A DNA stretch of 35,895 bases from Thiomonas sp. (GTDB lineage: Bacteria; Pseudomonadota; Gammaproteobacteria; Burkholderiales; Burkholderiaceae_C), in assembly GCA_049582025.1 (NCBI GenBank), contig JBAUTC010000223.1:1-35895 (forward strand), read 5' to 3'. This document shows positions 33,603 through 35,895 of this stretch, piece after piece (the stretch's first letter is position 1; each line of letters begins with the position of its first letter). A program made the translations under genes and the position numbers. The notes below the pieces were generated by a model. The model ran no database searches. It was not told where the DNA came from and worked only from the letters and a program-made list of their open reading frames with translations.

Positions 33603-33678
33603 GTCCCCTTCGTCTAGAGGCCTAGGACACCGCCCTTTCACGGCGATAACACGAGTTCGAATCTCGTAGGGGACGCCA
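33603..33678 (+). tRNA. tRNA-Glu (TTC)
   Basis: GTCCCCT/AGGGGAC acceptor; loop CTTTCAC; GTTCGAATC; CCA. Confidence 0.97.
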
Positions 33679-33700
33679 GATTCAAGAATCGAATCTGCAT

Positions 33701-33777
33701 GGAGTGGTAGTTCAGTTGGTTAGAATACCGGCCTGTCACGCCGGGGGTCGCGGGTTCGAGTCCCGTCCACTCCGCCA
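33701..33777 (+). tRNA. tRNA-Asp (GTC)
   Basis: GGAGTGG/CCACTCC acceptor; CCGGC-CTGTCAC-GCCGG; GTTCGAGTC; CCA. Confidence 0.97.
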
Positions 33778-33789
33778 ACAAATAGATCT

Positions 33790-33820
33790 AAGCCCCGGAT
33801 TTCAGGGGCTTTTTTCTTTT
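33790..33820 (+). terminator. Intrinsic terminator of the tRNA operon
   Basis: AAGCCCC-ggatttca-GGGGCTT followed by TTTTCTTTT. Confidence 0.85.
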
Positions 33821-33957
33821 CTGGGTCGAGCGACCTTACCGCTGGTCTTGCCCGCTACAAAAAAAGGCGGGGGCGATAGCATCCAGCCAGGCCTAACCCG
33901 CTGGGCGGTTTTACTGCCCGGCGTTCGTGTGGGGCTGTGTAGACAATCGGGGGCGAT

Positions 33958-34200
33958 ATGACAGCCAGTCAATGGATAGGACTCGCGGCAACTCTGCTCG
34001 GCTTCGCGGGCACGGGCGTCTTGTACTGCAGCAGCTACTCGGTCGAGTCGATCGGGGCGCCCGGCGCGTTTGCGGAAGCGGTGCTGCCAGAAATCGCACG
34101 GATCAAAGCGGAAAACGCCAAGCGGATGCGCTGGCAGCATGTCGGCTTCGGCGTCCTGTGCGCGTCGTTTGTGCTTCAGATCGGCGCGACGTTGCTCTGA
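33958..34200 (+). CDS. Hypothetical 2-TM membrane protein (80 aa)
   Basis: GGGGG SD; TM1 WIGLAATLLGFAGTGVLY; charged helix; TM2 VGFGVLCASFVLQIGATLL. Confidence 0.7.
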   Translation: MTASQWIGLAATLLGFAGTGVLYCSSYSVESIGAPGAFAEAVLPEIARIKAENAKRMRWQHVGFGVLCASFVLQIGATLL

Positions 34201-34245
34201 GGTGTCCAAACAAGAAAGCCGAGTGTTCCACCACGGGAGAACGCG

Positions 34246-34797
34246 ATGAGGAAAGTCACGCCGGGAGAAAACGAAAAGTGGGCCACCGTGCTCGGCCGTA
34301 TTCTCATCGCCTTCGGAAATATCGAGCATGCCGCGGTATCGGCGATCTCGGCGTGCACCAATACAGTCTTTGCGACACCTGTCTCACGGCTTGATCTGCA
34401 GCAGCGCTTGCAGGTGCTTGATTCCCTGCTTTGCCTGCGTCCGGTCGACGCCTTACTCGTCGAACGTTGGCGCGAGGTGTACGGACGAATAGAACATCTG
34501 CGACAGTGCTACCGAAATGCGATCGCTCACGGCGCGCCAGCAATCCATATGTTCGGGGACAAGCATGGCAAGTTCACTGTCAGGCTTACACACGCCTCCG
34601 TTCGTTTGCCGAGAAAAGAGCACCTAGAGTTTGAAGAACTGAAAGGCGCCGCAGTTGACTGTGAGCAGGCTCACCTCGATATGGCTGCCGCTGACACGGA
34701 GATATTCCAAGAACTCGCACTTCGCCACTTGCTGCCGGAGCCCCAGTTGCCGAAGAGGAGACGATCATCGGCGTGCGATTGTCCGGAACGGCACTAG
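34246..34797 (+). CDS. Hypothetical protein with HEPN-like RxxxxH motif
   Basis: GGGAG SD; N-terminal helix LGRILIAFGNIE; R90-N-A-I-A-H95-G at 34513-34533; mostly helical-looking sequence. Confidence 0.7.
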   Translation: MRKVTPGENEKWATVLGRILIAFGNIEHAAVSAISACTNTVFATPVSRLDLQQRLQVLDSLLCLRPVDALLVERWREVYGRIEHLRQCYRNAIAHGAPAIHMFGDKHGKFTVRLTHASVRLPRKEHLEFEELKGAAVDCEQAHLDMAAADTEIFQELALRHLLPEPQLPKRRRSSACDCPERH

Positions 34798-34809
34798 CAA
34801 AGCGCCGCG

Positions 34810-34983
34810 TCACCCCTCCGGATTCACCGCGCGCAGCGCGGGCGGCACCCGCGGTGCAAACCTGCTGCCCGTTGCAGCGGGCTTCTTGCTACCTGTTGCG
34901 GGCTTCCCGCCACTAGCGGCGGCGCCCTTCGCGTACATGTAGGCCACCGCGACACGCGCCGCCTTTAGCTGCATGCGGGTGGG
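34810..34983 (-). pseudogene. C-terminal remnant of a phage small-terminase-like protein
   Basis: Hand translation PTRMQLKAARVAVAYMYAKGAAASGGKPATGSKKPAATGSRFAPRVPPALRAVNPEG*; recalls the AA...Y.H.K...GGK...FAP..PP.L..VN tail of proteobacterial phage TerS-like proteins (from memory, unverified). Confidence 0.45.
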
Positions 34984-35231
34984 TCGCCTTCGTCTTGCCG
35001 CGACGCGGCATCGAAGCCTGGGACCGCGAGGGGGAGGCGCTGCACGATGTGGACGGTCTTGCGGCGTTCTGCGACAGCCTGCGTGACGCGCTGCCGCCGT
35101 CGGTGCGTCTTGTCGAACTGGATACGCACATCAATGACGCCGCGTTCAGCGATGCAGTGCTCACGATTTTCGACGAATGGGTCGCCGCCGGCTACATCCC
35201 ACGCGGCAGCGGGACCGTCACCGCGTCCTGA
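34983..35231 (+). pseudogene. 5'-truncated UPF0261 / Tm-1-like ATP-binding protein (C-terminal ~82 aa)
   Basis: VAFVLPRRGIEAWDREGEALHD..GLAAF...ELDTHINDAAFS is the UPF0261 C-terminus; in-frame TAG at 34914 with unrelated sequence upstream; full-length members are several hundred aa. Confidence 0.72.
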
Positions 35232-35281
35232 GGACGATTGCAAACCGCCACGCTACCCGTGCCGCGCGACTGCACGAGGGG

Positions 35282-35895
35282 TCAGTTGCGCGCTGGCTCC
35301 TGAAAGCCCAGGCGTTGTGAAATGCGGCGTGCCGCATCGCGCACCGCCTGCGCAGTTGCCCCGTTCCAGTTGCTGGACAGCCGGTCGACATGGTCCAGCG
35401 CCGTGACAACCAGCACCGGCGTTCCTTCATGATCAAAAGCGGCGGCGCTGAATGCATTGACACCAGGAATCGGCCTGCCGGCAGCACGGCAGACACCATG
35501 CCGGGCGCTCTCTGCGCGAATCTGGTCGATTTCCCCATCGCGCTCCAACAGCACATTGCGCGACACCAGGTCGCCGTTGGGTCCGGCGACAGCCTCGGCC
35601 AAGCGCTCGCGCGGCAGCGTGGCGGCGAACGCGCGGCCGGTCGCGGTGTCGAAAATCGACATCACGCTGCCCACGCGCAGCGCCACGTGCAGTGGCTGCC
35701 TGGCCTCAATGAGACGCACCACGGTCGGTCCGAAATTTCCCCAGACGGCCAGCGCGACGGCATGTCCGGTGGTTGCCGCCAGCTCATGGATGACCGGCTC
35801 GGCAGCACGCATCGGATCGAGCTGGTGCAGGCAGGTCAGGCCGATACGCAGCGCTGCCGGCCCGAGTGCGTAGCGCCCGCTGACCGCATCCTGCT
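35282..35895 (-). CDS. IclR family transcriptional regulator (5' end outside window)
   Basis: QDAVSGRYALGPAALRIG; ALAVWGNFGPTVVR; GSVMSIFDTATGRAF; IPGVNAFSAAAFD. Confidence 0.9.
   Translation of the reverse strand, partial: QDAVSGRYALGPAALRIGLTCLHQLDPMRAAEPVIHELAATTGHAVALAVWGNFGPTVVRLIEARQPLHVALRVGSVMSIFDTATGRAFAATLPRERLAEAVAGPNGDLVSRNVLLERDGEIDQIRAESARHGVCRAAGRPIPGVNAFSAAAFDHEGTPVLVVTALDHVDRLSSNWNGATAQAVRDAARRISQRLGFQEPARN

Larger units (their letters stand above)
33821..34983. mobile_element. Probable decayed prophage or satellite remnant downstream of tRNA-Asp
   Basis: tRNA-adjacent; two orphan ORFs, the second with atypical codons; terminase-small-like fragment; abrupt junction at ~34982. 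No integrase or att repeat is visible in the window. Confidence 0.45.

Noticed and set aside
33891..33930. Integron attC site (GCCTAAC inverse core plus hairpin)
   Set aside because: No matching GTTRRRY at a plausible distance, no attC after either downstream ORF, and no integrase
33701..35895. attR duplication of the tRNA-Asp 3' end
   Set aside because: No second copy seen by eye within the window

Overview
GC-rich betaproteobacterial chromosome segment (Burkholderiales, Thiomonas-like by gene order and protein style; inferred, not searched). Most of it is core genome. In order: ispF (3' end), DUF192, a four-gene exported-protein unit (secreted protein, His/Trp-rich lipoprotein, Tat DUF1800, Tat DUF1501), sodB, xseA, exbB/exbD-like-lpxK-Trm112-kdsB-adk, an HSD10-type SDR, dnaG-rpoD, an adenylate cyclase-FHA fusion, hemH, a minus-strand PAP2/moaA-asnB-GNAT-small membrane peptide block, SDR-thioesterase-acetoacetate-CoA ligase, a degenerate HpnD-like gene, tRNA-Leu, tig-clpP-clpX-lon, and tRNA-Ala/Glu/Asp. 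An accessory patch follows tRNA-Asp. It holds a 2-TM gene plus a HEPN-motif (RNAIAH) gene, which is a candidate anti-phage or toxin pair. It also holds a phage small-terminase-like remnant joined back-to-back to a 5'-truncated UPF0261/Tm-1-like gene, then a partial IclR regulator. The best non-coding signal is an IHF site, Fis-like site and DnaA-box trio upstream of xseA, resembling a DARS element. All family assignments come from motif recognition, not database searches.
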